Positions 28,431 through 44,700 of a DNA stretch of 64,000 nt are shown piece after piece. Under the pieces are notes generated by a model that saw nothing but the letters and a program-made list of their open reading frames with translations, was not told the DNA's origin and searched no databases. How positions within the stretch are numbered: position 1 is the first letter of the stretch; each line of letters starts with the position of its first letter. Made by a program: the position numbers and the translations under genes. This stretch comes from the human T2T-CHM13v2.0 reference genome, Homo sapiens. The stretch lies in the NCBI RefSeq assembly GCF_009914755.1, contig NC_060938.1. One strand, written 5' to 3'.

Positions 28431-28974
28431 TCATTATTTGTAAAATAGGAATTATGATGGTACCTATTTCATGATGTGCTGTTATGACTAAATTAGATAA
28501 TAAACCTAAACTTGGCATAGCATCTAAAACACACAGTAAACAGTAGATGATCAGCTGTCATTATTTTAAATGATTATTTCAAATGCGTTGCATTCCTGGA
28601 AACCACCCTTTTGAACTTGTCATTCATAGAATAAAACAGTATCTATCCATGCAACCTCGTATTTATCTATGAGCCAAAGCCCTTAGTGGGTCAGTACAGT
28701 GGAGATGAAATATGTCCCTAAATATATGTAAAATATAGAGATATCTATTAGGCAGCATCAAAAGAGCAAGCTATGAATGGGAAGGAGTAGAAATTGGGAT
28801 GCCTGTATATCCTGTTCAGTCTGTATTCCATTTTCTTTGAGCTGCCCTTCAGCATATTTATGGAAATGTTAATTAAGAATATGATTCATGTATACATTAT
28901 TAGGTTGATGTAGAAGCTTCTGGGGACTAGATGCAATTATGTTATTCACTAAGACTGGTAGGTTCCAGTGCTTT

Positions 28975-29099
28975 CTTTAGTTGAATGACTTCTTATTGAC
29001 CAAATTAATAATTACAGTTTTAGTTATTCCATTAACATCCCAGAAAATTAAAAACAGGCAGTCCTTCCCCAATCTGAATTAGATGCACTGACGTCAATG
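28975..29099 (+). repeat. Local duplication pair C, copy 1 (partner 32881-33004)
   Basis: ~86% identity over ~125 bp; 28-bp exact core aaattaataattacagttttagttattc. Confidence 0.9.
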
Positions 29100-29843
29100 T
29101 CCTTATTGTGACAAAAAGATTACTAATCACATTTTACCACATTCCTCCCCCTCCACGTTTTTATTCCTTGGAAGGTAAGGATAGAGTTACAATACCTAAA
29201 GCATTTTGGGGCTTCAAATTAAACATTTCAGAAATATTTTAGATCTGGCCTCTTCATTTAAAACTTGTTTTAGTATAAGCATCAACAGGGCAACTACCTG
29301 TATGTCATGAATGGGTATCAAAATCATTTGGATCTTTTTGCTGATATTTTAATTGGAGATTCCTGGCCCTGTCACCAGTTCTTAAATGGTACTGATACAT
29401 TGCCAAGTTTGGAAACCACTGTCTAAAAGCAATCAGCTAATAAGTCTAAGTGGAAATCAGGCAATATTTGAAAAAGGTGCTTAATGATCCCGTTTACAAC
29501 TATTCTTCTTGGGTTTTGTCTTCATGAGAATTTGAGTATATTTGAATTCATAATTATATATTCTTTATTGTAAATGCTAGTGATATGATGAACAATAAAA
29601 GTATAAAAATAAGAAAATGGCTTTAATCCATATGAATCTGATTGGTTTGATTTATACAAACAATTCTTGATAGCCCTAATAATCATTTCAATGTTTACTT
29701 CTACATATTTGGCAGTAGCTATTTGTTTAAAACACACATAGTTTCATCTATTAAATATATTTCTACTAAACCACTTAAAAATAAAATTTAGCAAATTATT
29801 TAAGTAATGATAATTTTCCATGGTAAGAGCTAATATCCACTAA

Positions 29844-30209
<366 letters not shown>

Positions 30210-30647
30210 TAAGACTTAATTTTTGTTCAATAAATTGATTCTTCATTGCTATTAAGTGAAAAGCTTAGGTTTCCAACTTTTTTCTTTTGGGTCTTCACTA
30301 TTGTTTAATTGGGATTAAGATAAATCTTATCCTACCTCTGTTGAGAAAGAGTCTCCTATTTACCTTTCCCCTCAAAATCTCTACATACTAAAAAAGAAGG
30401 TGATCTAGGACGAGATAAAATGTGTACTGAACGTCTTGGGGCTGTGGGAAGATCCAAATAAAGTTAGGGGAACGGTGGAGGCAGAAACTGAGTCCAAATA
30501 TCTCACTCTTTAGGTCCCAAAGACATGATCCTTCACCTCCAGCAACTTTTCAATAGACACTTGGCAGGCTCAGCCAGCATCCCCCAGATACTAACTGCCC
30601 TGACTCACAGGGCACCTCAATGTTCCAGTCAAGTTCACCCTTTCGAT

Positions 30648-30866
30648 CAGTGGCTTTCAAGTCGGGGCAGCAATTCTTTGTTGTGAGGTTCTGTCCCCTG
30701 TGTTGTAGGACGTTGAGCAGCATCCCTAGCCTCTGCTTGCTGGAAGCCTACAGTAGCACTGTCCCTCCTCCCCGCTTTCCCCATAAAGCTGTGACACCAA
30801 AAATACCTCCAGACATTGCCAAATGTTCTCGTAGGGGCAAAATCACCCCCATCCAAGGACCACTAG
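30648..30866. mobile_element. MER20 (hAT-Charlie)
   Basis: 'gcagcatccctagcctct...gtgacaccaaaaatacctccagacattgccaaatgttc...ggggcaaaatcaccccc'. Confidence 0.85.
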
Positions 30867-31156
30867 AAGTGACAAAATATGGCTTTGAAGGTTCCCTTGT
30901 CTCACGATTATCTCCCACCTTACAGATGCCAAAATTTATTAATAAGGCCACGTACCTTTTGTTTCACAATCATAGACTTAAAGGCTTAAACTGTAGGTAC
31001 TAGTTTGAGGTGATTTTGGTGGGATTTCAGTGAAAGTACAACTAGTCAGTCATTAATGGCAAAGGGTTGGTTTTCAGAACCTTTCTGAGTCTGCTCAGAA
31101 GGGAACATAGTGAGAGAGAGAGAGGGTTTTCAACATCTGAAGTGGGCTACTTTTTA

Positions 31157-31486
<330 letters not shown>

Positions 31487-31959
31487 CTAGAGACTAAGAA
31501 CAAACTTCCAAAGCTTGATTACTTTACCTGGAATTATTTGTCCCTCTGTCAAACATGTTCCTGGTGCCTCATCAGGTGTGGTGCTAGATGTAGTATGAAA
31601 TATACAGTCACTTCAGCATTTCTGTAGGAGGAAGATGGCCTAGGGCATGGTGAGATGTTAAATATTTTAGAGGAATAATTTGAATGTAAAGCTCCAGGAC
31701 TAGAGATTAGGTTTTGTTTACCTGTGTCCCTAAGACCTAGTATACAATACTTAATAAGTATCTGCTAAATGAATCAACAAATCAATGATGGAGAAAGCCC
31801 TAAAAGAGCCAGGGGAGCAGGGGATACAGAGCTTTGGTAGGAGGAGATTAACTGAGAAGAGTCAGGAGAGAATGGCCTAGGAGAAAGATACGGAAAAATC
31901 TGTAGGTGGAAAGGACTGAAGCTCTAGGGAGAAAATGCCTGACCAAGTCTGTACCAGAA

Positions 31960-32135
31960 GCAAGGCAGTTTAGGGACAAAGGGCATGAGCTTAGAGTCAG
32001 ATTTCCTAGGTTCAGATCCAAGCATCACTACTTATTTTCTTTAAGAACTTGGGCATCTGTAAACCAGGGATAATATCTTCTTCAAAGGGCTGTTGTGAAG
32101 ATTCAACAAGGTAATACATATAAACGTCACAGATC
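31960..32135 (+). mobile_element. MIR SINE
   Basis: 'ttagagtcagatttcctaggttcagatcc...catctgtaaaccagggataata...gggctgttgtgaagatt'. Confidence 0.75.
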
Positions 32136-32880
32136 AGTGACCAGCAAGAGTTAAGGCTCGGTTGACCATTGAGAGTGGCAGGATTTCAGAGTGGGATGAG
32201 GAACCTGTGGAGAGTCATAAACATGTGAACAGTCACTGTGTGATGAAAAGGAAAGACAGCCAGGCAGGGATGAATAAAAAGTTGACCCAACAGCTATGAG
32301 TGTTTCACTCACCAAACTGTTGTCTTGGTGATGTGACTAATCAACTCATTTATTCAATTTTCTTTAGGCTTCTTCAATGTCTTTAAAGCAAAATGTAAGA
32401 AAACGGATGATTGAGTTGACCTGAATTTTGGGATTGTTAAGAAAGCTGGATTAGAAGGTCAAAGGGATTGGGACACGAGACCACTCAGCGATTAAACTGA
32501 AAAGGAAAGAAGTCAAGCCAAAAAACGGCTAATAAACTGAAAGAACAGGGAGGGGTTTGGGGACTGAAAGTCTAGGGGGAGATGGTGACAGTGGCAGATG
32601 TGGTGGACAGAGTAGTTTCCAGTCCAAAGGTTCAGAGATGGAGCAGCTCCAGGAAACACAAGGTGCAGTTAAACCTTGGATGGAGGTGGCGGAGGCTGAG
32701 CAAATGGAGGCAAGGCCACACATTTTTCCTTGTTCAACTCAAACTATTCTGTTCCCAAGCGTATCTCATCAAAATGTTTTGTGAGCAAAGAATTCAACAA
32801 TAACCACTCTAGTAAAATCCTGCTAATAAACTTCTTAATATCTTGAAAAGCTGGAGGATGTATAGTTAAGTATAGTTTCA

Positions 32881-33004
32881 CTTTAGTTGAATGATTTCTT
32901 ATTAAGAAATTAATAATTACAGTTTTAGTTATTCAATCAACATCACAGAACATCAAAAATAGGTAATCCTTCCCAAATTTGAATTAGATCCACTGATATC
33001 AATG
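32881..33004 (+). repeat. Local duplication pair C, copy 2
   Basis: Direct-orientation match to 28975-29099. Confidence 0.9.
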
Positions 33005-33262
33005 CAGGGGGAAGGCTAAAAATAGAAATATACAATAAGGAACATCAATAGAATATTAATTATACCATACATTGACACTTGAAAAAAATAAACATTACGT
33101 GAACTGAGTGATATAAGGTGTCCCATTCAAATCAACCAAGGCTTCTTAAGGGATAGATCATTTTTCATCAATACCTGAGATATCCGGCCCAGAAGCTTCT
33201 CAAAAAATGTTAATCCTTTTCTGTTCTCATCTCAGTGCATCTCAGATTTCTCTGCCTCACCC

Positions 33263-33264
<2 letters not shown>

Positions 33265-33301
<37 letters not shown>

Positions 33302-33324
33302 TCACTCTCTCTCTCTCTCTCTCT
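33265..33324. repeat. Compound (CA)n(CT)n microsatellite
   Basis: ~16 CA units followed by a CTCA/CT run. Confidence 0.95.
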
Positions 33325-34340
33325 CCCTCCCTGATCTCTACGTGTAATTTATGGGATTCATTCATTCAACAAATATGTGTCAGATACTGTTCTAGATGAA
33401 TGGGGCCATAGCAGTTAGAGAGATTTTAGATCTGTGCTCACGTGAAGCTTAAATTCTAAAAGGAGAGACAGTTAACATATTCATAAATCAGATAGTAAAA
33501 TGTGCTATAAAAATAAGTGATGTGTTAATATTTCACAATGATTTGTATATTAAGTCTGTATTGTACATAAAACTATCATATATTAATGTGTCTCCTCATT
33601 ATCCTTTAAATTGGGGTATAAGTGTGACAAAATGATCCAATATGGACTATTTGCAGAACAGAAAATCACTAAAAATGCTGATTCTGTTTTTCTGCTCAAG
33701 AAATCACATGGAATGTATGGCTTAATTATATAGGAATAACAAATATATAAAAATGTTTTTACAAGAGAGCGTATTTCCTCGCCCCCAGTCTTCCTCTTGA
33801 AGCTAAATCTAGTTAAGAGTGCTATTGGCCAGTACTTTCTTTTCTCCATACATGTCAAAAGTAAACATCTGAATCTGGGGTCCTTTGAGACCAATCTTCC
33901 AATCCATAATTTCTAATTCAATCTCCATGATCTAATTAGCAGTGTTCTTTCCTTGAAGAACTGAAGTATAAGAAGTCTGTTTAGGCTAATAGAATAATTT
34001 ATTAGGCTACCTTTGAAAATGAAAAATCTAACCACTACCTTGCCTGTAGAAAACTTTCTTAATATTTTCTGGCATTTGGTTTCATAGCCAAGCCAAATCA
34101 AAATGAATGCAGATTTTGTTTCTAACCTAGAATCAGGTGAGAGGAGAAACAGCGATCTTATGTCGGGTGTTTCAAGGTACTGTCTTCCTTTCATCCAACC
34201 AGTTAGTATAGCTAGCACATCAGCATCTTGTTTTATAACCAAATCCCAACCACCATGGACAGGTAGGGTGTCCCTTGGAGGCTGCACCAAGTCCTTTAGC
34301 CTCAGTGAACTTCCCATGAAATTCCAGAGCTAGGAGAGCC

Positions 34341-34688
<348 letters not shown>

Positions 34689-34947
34689 TGATTCTTTCTT
34701 AAGCAATCAAAAACAAGTTCAAAGGCACATTTGTTATGCTTATAACCTACCCAGGGTAACTAAATTAAAACAGAATGGACAGGTTTCATAAATGCTCTTT
34801 GCCAGTGGAACTTTTGTTGGTATTCTCAAGAAAGCCAGCATTGGCCAGGCTGTACATGCGTATTCTGAAAGACAGATGTTCACCCCTCCCACTGTTCCAG
34901 TTCAGTATGTCTTAGGCACACATTGATATCACAAAACACTGAAGAGA

Positions 34948-35341
<394 letters not shown>

Positions 35342-36725
35342 TCAGAGCGTGCCTGAGACATAAGTCAAAGAGTAACCAGTCTGTCACCAGATAGATTGCT
35401 GCTTCCTTTCTTCTTGCGTATCCTAATGGGAGTGGAGGGAATTGCCTCCCAACTCTGGGGTAAGCTTTTTTTTCCCCCAGGTTTTCAGTGAGTGATCAAA
35501 GAATCAGAGCTGCAAAACTACTCTGGAACCTTTAAGACCCATTGTATATCAATCACACAAACAGAATACATGAGTTAAGTTTCATACTGTAGGGAATCCA
35601 CCCTTTGTCCTGCCCTTCTGCTTGACATTTTTCTGTACTAGAGCTCTTCTATCTTCAGTCTTCTGTATAAGGTAAAGTCTCATGCATAAGGCAGCAATCC
35701 CATGTTTATACATAATTCCTCAACTATATTTTAGTTAGTAGCAGTATCCCTTAACCTAGCACTGCCTTGCCGCTATGCCTTTCAACTCCAAGACGCCAGT
35801 GTAATTCTCTACGATGGGCCCTCTCTCTACATTGTGCAACACCTTCCCAAGAGCAAGGGGCAGGGTCTGGCCCTTCCAGCCTTATCAAACCTTTCTTATT
35901 ACATCTGGAGTATTCTAGTATTCAAGCCCTCAAGGAATGGGAATTGTGATGTTTGTGGTGAAATTAAAGCCATAATAGAATGGAAACAAAGTAGTTCTTT
36001 AAATACATCCCCTGTAAACCATATTAAAATGAAACTTTGACCCTGGATAATCAAGTTATTCTACTTTTACATATTTTTTTTTCAAAATTTGATGATCAGG
36101 AGAATAGAATTTAATGAATTTAATTTTTTCAACTCTGTATTTCTATAAATTGGGTAAAAGTAAATCTTCTTGAGTTAGATTGCTACATAAGCCCCGTGCT
36201 ATGCTGCCTCTGAAAAATAATTATGCGTATTCCTGGTTAGGGGCTCCCGGTGTATGGTAATTAGACAGCTGGGTTAAATGAATGATAATCAATTTTCCTG
36301 ACTTTTCTTAAGCATTAAAGTCTCTTTGGGTACTTTATTTTACTAGCTGAGAATAATAAAAAGAGCATTTTAAATGTTAGGCAGTGAAAATCAGGACCAT
36401 ATCACTAAACTATTTAAGTTTCCATGTGAGATTATTTTCTTTCATTAGCTACAGGGACATCTAAAACCTTAAAGTAGGACTTAATTAAATTTATTTTGTT
36501 TGTTTAAAGTACTTTTTGTTTTGCTTTTAAAATGAATCTCAGTAATTACCAAAAAGAAAAATGAACTTAATTTCTTTATTATGACCTTCAGCCAGAATGA
36601 TGAACGGTATTTAATTCTGGAAAGGTATTCTTTAAAAGCCAGTATGTTAAATCACTGACTTCTCTCTTAGACTAGAACTTACATATCAGCATTAAAACAT
36701 ACTCTGAATGCTGGATAGCCCTGAT

Positions 36726-37146
<421 letters not shown>

Positions 37147-37259
37147 TGAATTACAGCAGTTCTTATCTCATTTTCTATATTACTGTGTTCTTTACACCAA
37201 AATGTACAAATACCACCTACCAAAGTTTACACCTCTCAAAATAAGGCTATGGCCATCAT

Positions 37260-37462
37260 GCTTTAAAAGCATGGCTCTGTGTGCTTGTTCACTCTGTGTC
37301 CTCTGCCATATGCCTACACTTAAAATAACCTGGGGATATTTAAAACATTCCAAAGCCCAAGCCATACCACAGACCAATTAAATTATATGCCTGAGACACA
37401 GGCATCAATAGTTTTTGAAAGTTTCTAGGTAATTCCAACGTGCTTGCAAGTTTGAGAGCACT
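37260..37462. mobile_element. MER5-family hAT MITE
   Basis: 'cagaccaattaaatta...ggcatcaatagtttttgaaagtttctaggtaattccaacgtgc...tttgagagcactg'. Confidence 0.65.
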
Positions 37463-38653
37463 GTCTCAACCAACTTGTTCTCAGGCAAACTTCTGTTTAT
37501 CCTTCCCTTCTCAGTTCACAGGGGATGTTTGATGCTCTCCCTCCCTAGGCCTTCTCACTATTCTTCCTGCGTATCTCTACCATAGCATGAACTAACTATG
37601 TTGTAACTGTTAACTCACGTGTCTGTTCCCCTAATCTACTATAAGATTAAGGAGTATTTTTATTTTTGAATCTCTGAATCTAACCCTTTGCCTGGTGCAT
37701 GGGAGAACCCAATAAATTCATAGAATGAATAACCTGTTCCTAAGAAAAACAAAAGCAAAAATGTAGAGTTGTGTTAATATTTAAATGCCATGGAAAAAGT
37801 AATTGCTTAGGATGTGTTTAAAATAATGTTTCCCTGGTGGGCAATGTCCCATATTTAGAAAAACATCTCATCATATTAGTGAAAATAAAACATCCCAACA
37901 TTAAGAAGAAACATAAAATATAACTTTGAATTATTACCCACACAGTTGCATTCTTTATTGTAATAAGCACAGAAAAACGTTTTAAACGTTTTCTGTGATA
38001 AGAAATATCTAAAACAACACATCCTTTCTCAGCTCCCCTTCCATCTTTACTAGATTATGTATTACTTCCCCAATCAGTCCTTTCAGAATTTGATGATGTT
38101 ACAGGAGTTTATATAACTGATTTTAAGAGTTTAAAATACTTAGTTTGCAAAATATTTTAACTAAGAGTCTCTGTTTAATGTGGTATTTATACTGTTAATA
38201 TTATCACTATGATTCAGAAAATATTCACATAGTGAATTTTCCTACAATATAATTCTGGACAATAAGCCCACTCTTAAACACACTTTTTTTTTTAAACTGT
38301 TCCAAATATTTTGCTATTTGTTTTACCTAATTATATTTGCAGCAATGTTTCACGCCTACCAATATGTTGTTGTTTATCTGTTAGATTTTGATTCATGAAA
38401 CCTGAAAATAAATCAGATTTAGGAACTGTTTTCCAAGATAGTGATATATTATTCATTTATCTAATTTATCTTTACACATGAAATGCCGGATTATCTCAGT
38501 AGGTACCAAATTAATTTAAGACCTTACCAAGTAGTATACAATATGCACTCATTCTGATGCATATAAAAGACAAAAATGAGAAAAAAAGTGCAATCCTCTA
38601 CCTTTAAATGCCTACACTGTCCTCAACTATTGTTATCCAATTTTTAACTTTAG

Positions 38654-38950
<297 letters not shown>

Positions 38951-39259
38951 ACCGCTAATTTAAAAGGCAGTCATTGAAACATATTTCTTGTTCTCTTTTG
39001 CATCATGGAGTTATGACTTTAAATCATAAGTACAGTATCCTTAGAAACTGCCCAGTTTTATCAGAAATAAGTTCTGAATGTATTGTCAATTGTGAAAAGA
39101 CAAAAGATCACAGTTCCTAATATTCAGTTCTAATGGCATGGTTCCCCAAAATGTAAAAGCTGTGACTGAGACAATTATTTCAAGAGAGCTTCAGCTGTAA
39201 ATAAACACAAAACTGAATTCCTTTGCCATGCAAACAAGAGGCACACTTTCAACCAGTAA

Positions 39260-39599
<340 letters not shown>

Positions 39600-40159
39600 G
39601 AGCAGGGCAGTTTTAAAGTTGACTTCTGAGAGCATCAGATTTTGGATAGTGTCCTTTCTCAGGTCCTGTTTCCTTGTCTCCTCATCCCATTTTAAAAGCC
39701 AGACACATAAACCCCGGCACTCCTTTAGCGAAGGGCTCAGTGAGGGCGTTTTTGCCACCCGTGGCCAGGGGTCATTGGGTCAGCAAAGTCAGAGGAAACC
39801 TAGAAAGGCAGAAGCCCAGGAGGTTGACGCCCTGCGGGTCTAGGGGCCAGGTGCTGGGTGTCTCTCCTTTCGTGTGCGGTTCCCAGCAGCAGGTCCTGGT
39901 GGGCGCAGACTGACCGGAGAGGTGTGGCTCGCCCCCTCCCCAGACCCCGAGGTGGCAATGAAACCTCCATCTCCTGGCTTGATTCCTTGTGCTATAAAAA
40001 ATCTTCCACTGGCCCTTTGCATCTCTCGCCCTCCATCCCCCAAAGCCACTATCGGGAGGGGACAAAAATAATTTCTGAGGGGCCACGGGCACTAAAACCA
40101 CAGCAGACAGAGGCTGTGTCTACCTGAGGAACTGGAGAGGTAGAATTAGAGGGGGAGGC

Positions 40160-41730
40160 TGGGCATCCTCGGCGGCGCCCCCTCCATCCAGCGTGAAACC
40201 CACGAGGCGCGGCGTCTCGAGTGGCGGGCGGGCAGGGGGCTGCAGGATTCACGAAGCCACCTCCGCCGGGGACCGCCTTCTCTCGGAGTGGCCTCCCCTC
40301 CGGCGTTCCGCTTTAGTAAGACGACACTCAGGCCAAACAGCCGCCCCCGGCCAGCCCGACTCGGCTCTGGAGGGAGCGCCCCGAGGGAGTCCAGCCGGAG
40401 GCGGAGAAGGCCACTCGGCCAGAAGGTGGGGAGCCGCCGGCGTCCCCTCGCACCTCCGTCTCCACAGCAGGGGGAAAGGCCCTGATCGCCGTGGTCCACA
40501 CCACCGCGTCCACCTGAGGCTCGCCTCGCTTCCTGGGTCCCTAGAGGGGTGGCGTACTCCGCTTTCTCCTGCCCCCAAGTGGCCGCACCCCTCCGCGGGA
40601 CGCTTGGTTGGGTCCAGGGCGGGGCGGGCGGGCGCTCCCCGTACTGCCGCGAGCTCAGCGCGCAGCTCCCGCGGCTCGGCTGCCGCCGCGGCCAGTTGGG
40701 GCGGGTCGGGGGCGGGGTCTCAGGGGGCGGGGATTCGGGGGGGCGGGTCGGGTCGGGAGGCGTGGGTGGGGGGCGGGGCGGACGCGGAGCGCCCCTCTGG
40801 CTGGCGGGGCCAAGGGGCTGAGAGGAGTGGGGCAGGCTCGGCGCCGGTAGGAAGAGTCAGAGGGGTGACCAGAGAGCCCAACGCCTGGTGCTCAAGACTT
40901 TCTCCGAGGTATGAACAAGAACCAGGCGTCTGGGCCCTTTCCGCTCGCCCCATCGCTCAGCCGCCGCGCCCCGGACGCCCGCTGTGCCCCCTGCCGGCGG
41001 GGCGGCGGCGGGACTGGGTTTCGGGAGGGTTTCTGGAAGTGGCGAGTCCCAGCGAAGGCAGTGCACCGCTCTCCGCCTCTTTCTTCGCCTTCTTCTCGCT
41101 CCCTTAGCTCTGGGTGTCGGGCACCGGTGGTAAGGTCGCTTCTCCGTGAGTCGGAGGTCGCTCACTCTGGGACGGGCGGACGAGGCCCTAGGGCAGCCGA
41201 GCCCGGCAGCGGGGGAGGCGTGGAGCTCGGGGCGGCTTCAGCGGCGGGGGCGGGAGGCTGGTCCTGGCTGCAGACTGCGCGCCTGGGCTCCGTGCGCGGT
41301 GCCTGGTTCTCTGCATCGCGGAGGTCCCCGGATCACAGGGCTCCCTGGCGGGCCCCGGCACCCAGGTCTGTGTCGCTGTGGCTGGGCGCCGGGACTAGCA
41401 CCCGAGTCCCGCGCTCCCGGGGGCTGCGCCGTGCCGCCTGTTGTGCGCGCGCAGAGGCCGGACAGCCCGGCTGCGGGAAGGGACCCGAGCGCAGGGTCTG
41501 CCCCGCGTCCCGGAAAGTGCCTAGTCTGCGGAGCCGGAGGTTGAGCTGGGGCAGATCGGCGCCAGACGGGGGCCTGGGTGAGATACGAGTTGGGGGTGCG
41601 GCCTGCAGAATTTGGGTTTCTGGAGGAGCTTACGGCGCGCTGGCGGAGCCCCAGGCGAACAGGAGCACCGGATTCGGCTCCGGGAGGGCCAGGCACTGTC
41701 AGGTATGGACAGCTGCGGTCCACCCGTGTA
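40160..41730. promoter_or_regulatory. CpG-island promoter, TATA-less, with GC boxes
   Basis: ~1.6 kb of very GC- and CpG-dense sequence in a CpG-poor background; GGGGCGGGG-type Sp/KLF boxes at ~40617-40780; ETS-type GGAAGTG at 41035-41041. Confidence 0.95.
40990..41129 (+). other. FRMD6: Non-coding first exon (5'UTR) of FRMD6; start approximate, donor GTG|GTAAGG after 41129
   Basis: '...tcccttagctctgggtgtcgggcaccggtg' followed by a consensus donor inside the CpG island; I recall this as the FRMD6 mRNA 5'UTR, but it is not database-verified and the ATG exon is not in the window. Confidence 0.7.
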
Positions 41731-44700
41731 AGTGTAAAGTCTACAGAGATTAAAACAACACCTCGAGTCCTGGGACAGCATAACCTAATGGTGCGGGCGT
41801 TTTCTTAAAGGCACGAATAGATGGGAAAATGTCAAAATAAGCATATTTTAAAGTTGAAAGCTGGCAGATTTTCAGGCCGTGTAGTTGTGTAGCTAGTGTC
41901 CAAAGAAATATTAGCTCGTTTTCCCCCTTAACACCTTTTCATTTTTATTTTTTTACGCAAAATCTGTTTTGCCAGTATTTCCCTCAGGAGCTGTGCATTG
42001 CTCACAGCAGGGAAGGAAAACTTCAGCAAGCGTTCTCAGGTTGCTTCTGACTTCCAGCCTGTGCTCTCCAGCATTTCTGAATGTGGAGAAAAAGTATCTC
42101 TTGCTGGATTTTCCGAGTATGATTCCCTTCTGTTCTTCTCTGGGACCGGGCAATGTTTGTTTATGGGTTTTATAAGCATCTATTTAAATTTAGTTTTTGC
42201 ACGAAATACTCCCTCTTGCCACAGGGTGTAGTTTGGGGTTTAGAAAATGCTGTTGGAGAAAGCTGCTAGTGGCTTCATTTTCCAAGAATGTAAGTCATTT
42301 CCTTTCTGTGATTTCAGGGAGTTGATATTTCACAGCATCAAAACTTTGTGGGGAAAATTTTCCGTAATACATCTGTCATTAAAAAGGCTTGTGACTTTTG
42401 GGTTTCCTTCTTAGAGCAGTGCATGAATTTAGGTTCAGCAGTGTTAAAGGATGAGAAGTTTTTTTTTAGAATTTAGAGCATTATGAGACTATTGTAGAAA
42501 TTTTAACTACCAGGACCTACAGGATGGAGAGTGGGGGAGGGGAGAAGACCAGAAGAGAGGCAGGAAAACAGATGCCTTTGCTGATGTCCTTTGTAGTATA
42601 AAACTTAACAGCACCACAGCACCTAATCATTTTCTCAGGTGTGGCTTTGAGAAATAAACGTTTTATGTTAAAAATGAAAATACTTCACAATATGAGACAG
42701 CTGGCATTTGAATACTTTTCCCAGTATGTTTGTAAACATTTTGGATTCATATTTCATATTAAAATGGACATTTAGTAGGATTATTAGATGAAAAGGGTCC
42801 CCCAGGGGATATCTAATATCAAATTATCTGCAGGACATCTTCTCCAGAAAGCAGACTGACTGTAATATGAACTAATTTTCCCCCCTTTGAGTTGCTTGCA
42901 AGAATCTCTGAGATCTGACACTGATGGGCTACAGTAATCAGCAGTTCTTGCAGTACTCAAGACATTTTAAGGGGCAGGAAATCTTTCCTATTTCCAGTAT
43001 CTCCTTTTTGGGGGCAACAAGGGTAAGCTGCTAGTTTTAAGTACATAATTTGAACTTAGAGATTTAAGATGCTCCTGGCTGTACAGGAAAACGCCTGAAA
43101 ACAGCATGGGCCTGGATGAAGACGCTGCTTTTGAAAGCAAAATGCCAGTGTGCTAGGTAGCGGTTTTTAGTTACAAATTCTTAAAAAAAATTGTTACTGA
43201 ACTAGGTTAGCTGAATTGGGGGGGGGGGTCTTTTTGTAGTTTTTGGATTTTGTTTCCACATTTAACTATACTTATAAAGCTTTTGGCTTTCTGAACTTAT
43301 GATGTAATAGACTGCGTAGCCTTTTGTGGCAGATGCTTGGAATGAAAGTTTCAAACATAATTGTTTTTGACTGAGCTGTCAGGTTCAGAGTTGAGTGTAA
43401 ATGAGTCCTGTCTCACAACTAACTTTTTTGATAAAGGAATTCTTTGTAGTTTTCGATTTGGATGTTGCACATTTTGATTTCTAAAGTTGTGGGTTTTTTT
43501 TTTTTTAAGAAAAATAAAACCTGCAAACAATTATTTTATTACATGAAAGCCAGTACCAAGAAAAGATTAATTCAGTCCAGATGTAAAAATGTATGTGAAT
43601 TTTAGATTTGGATGATCTCAACAAGTTTTCCCTTTTGTGGATGGGACTGCCTGGATCCCAGATGGCATTCACAAATTATCCCTTAGGTAGTTTTCTGAGT
43701 TGAGAATGAGATTTCTTGGGCTTTCCCTAAAATCATTTTAATATTAAGTCTTCTAAAGGATAGAAAGTTTTTTGCATTTGTACATTTTTGCATTTTTCTG
43801 TTCATTAATACAAACCTCATAAATGCCCTAGTTTGGTAGATGAAGCATATTTCTTTCATAAGTGGGAAAACAGGAGGTATTCAGTTTGTGTATCCTTATG
43901 GGTAAAGCATAGAAATTTTGGCTCTCATTTTTGCAATTTCAACTTTCTTCTTTTAAAGTAAAAAAAAAAAAAAAAGTTTTAAGTGTGTTTACAATCCTCA
44001 ATAGAATCCTACTGTAACACAGTTTGTGGATTCAGGTATAGCAATTGGTCCTTGTTTGATGATCCCCTACCTCCTCCCCACCCCCAACGAGGAAAAACAA
44101 ACACAGTTTATTAAAAAGTCAGTATGTTTTTAAACGTGTACTCCCAGTACTAGAGTTATAAAGGCTGTTTGTTGCACACATTAAAATTATGTATTTTTAG
44201 AAAGTCTTTGTATGATTATATCATTACACATTTTGGGAGTGTGTTTATGTCGTGATTGTGTATAAAACAATGGAGAGTTAGGAGAGGGGAATGGGAAAGA
44301 TTTAGTGAAGGAGTTTTATGAGTAGTGAAATTTCAGTTATAATGTATGTTCCCCAAAACCCAAACAGGAAAAATGTTATCGTTGGTCTCTGTGGTTAAAC
44401 TTTTATACAGAGGGTAGTTGAGAGGGCTTTCTGAATTGCACATTATCCTGAGGAAGAGGCTTTGGGGGCCTTTAAAAGTAAGTAGAAACAAGTTAAAGGG
44501 ATAATTTGAGAGGAACGAGGAAGTGGAATACTGGACATTGAATTGCAAGGAAAAAGTTAGAAGGATAAGTATTTAAAACAAGGCTGAAGTAGAGAGAACT
44601 TACTGTTTAGAAGTGTAGATTAAAGAATAAGGTATTTTTAGCTGAGAAAAAAGGATCAGAATGATTAGAATCAAGGTGCCCTATAAGATCTGTATACAAA

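Noticed and set aside
40193-41753. Long ORFs in the CpG island (304 aa, 280 aa, 161 aa and others, both strands)
   Set aside because: Low-complexity Gly/Arg/Ala/Pro translations are expected from stop-codon scarcity in GC-rich DNA; they overlap in many frames, cross splice donors and show no recognisable domain
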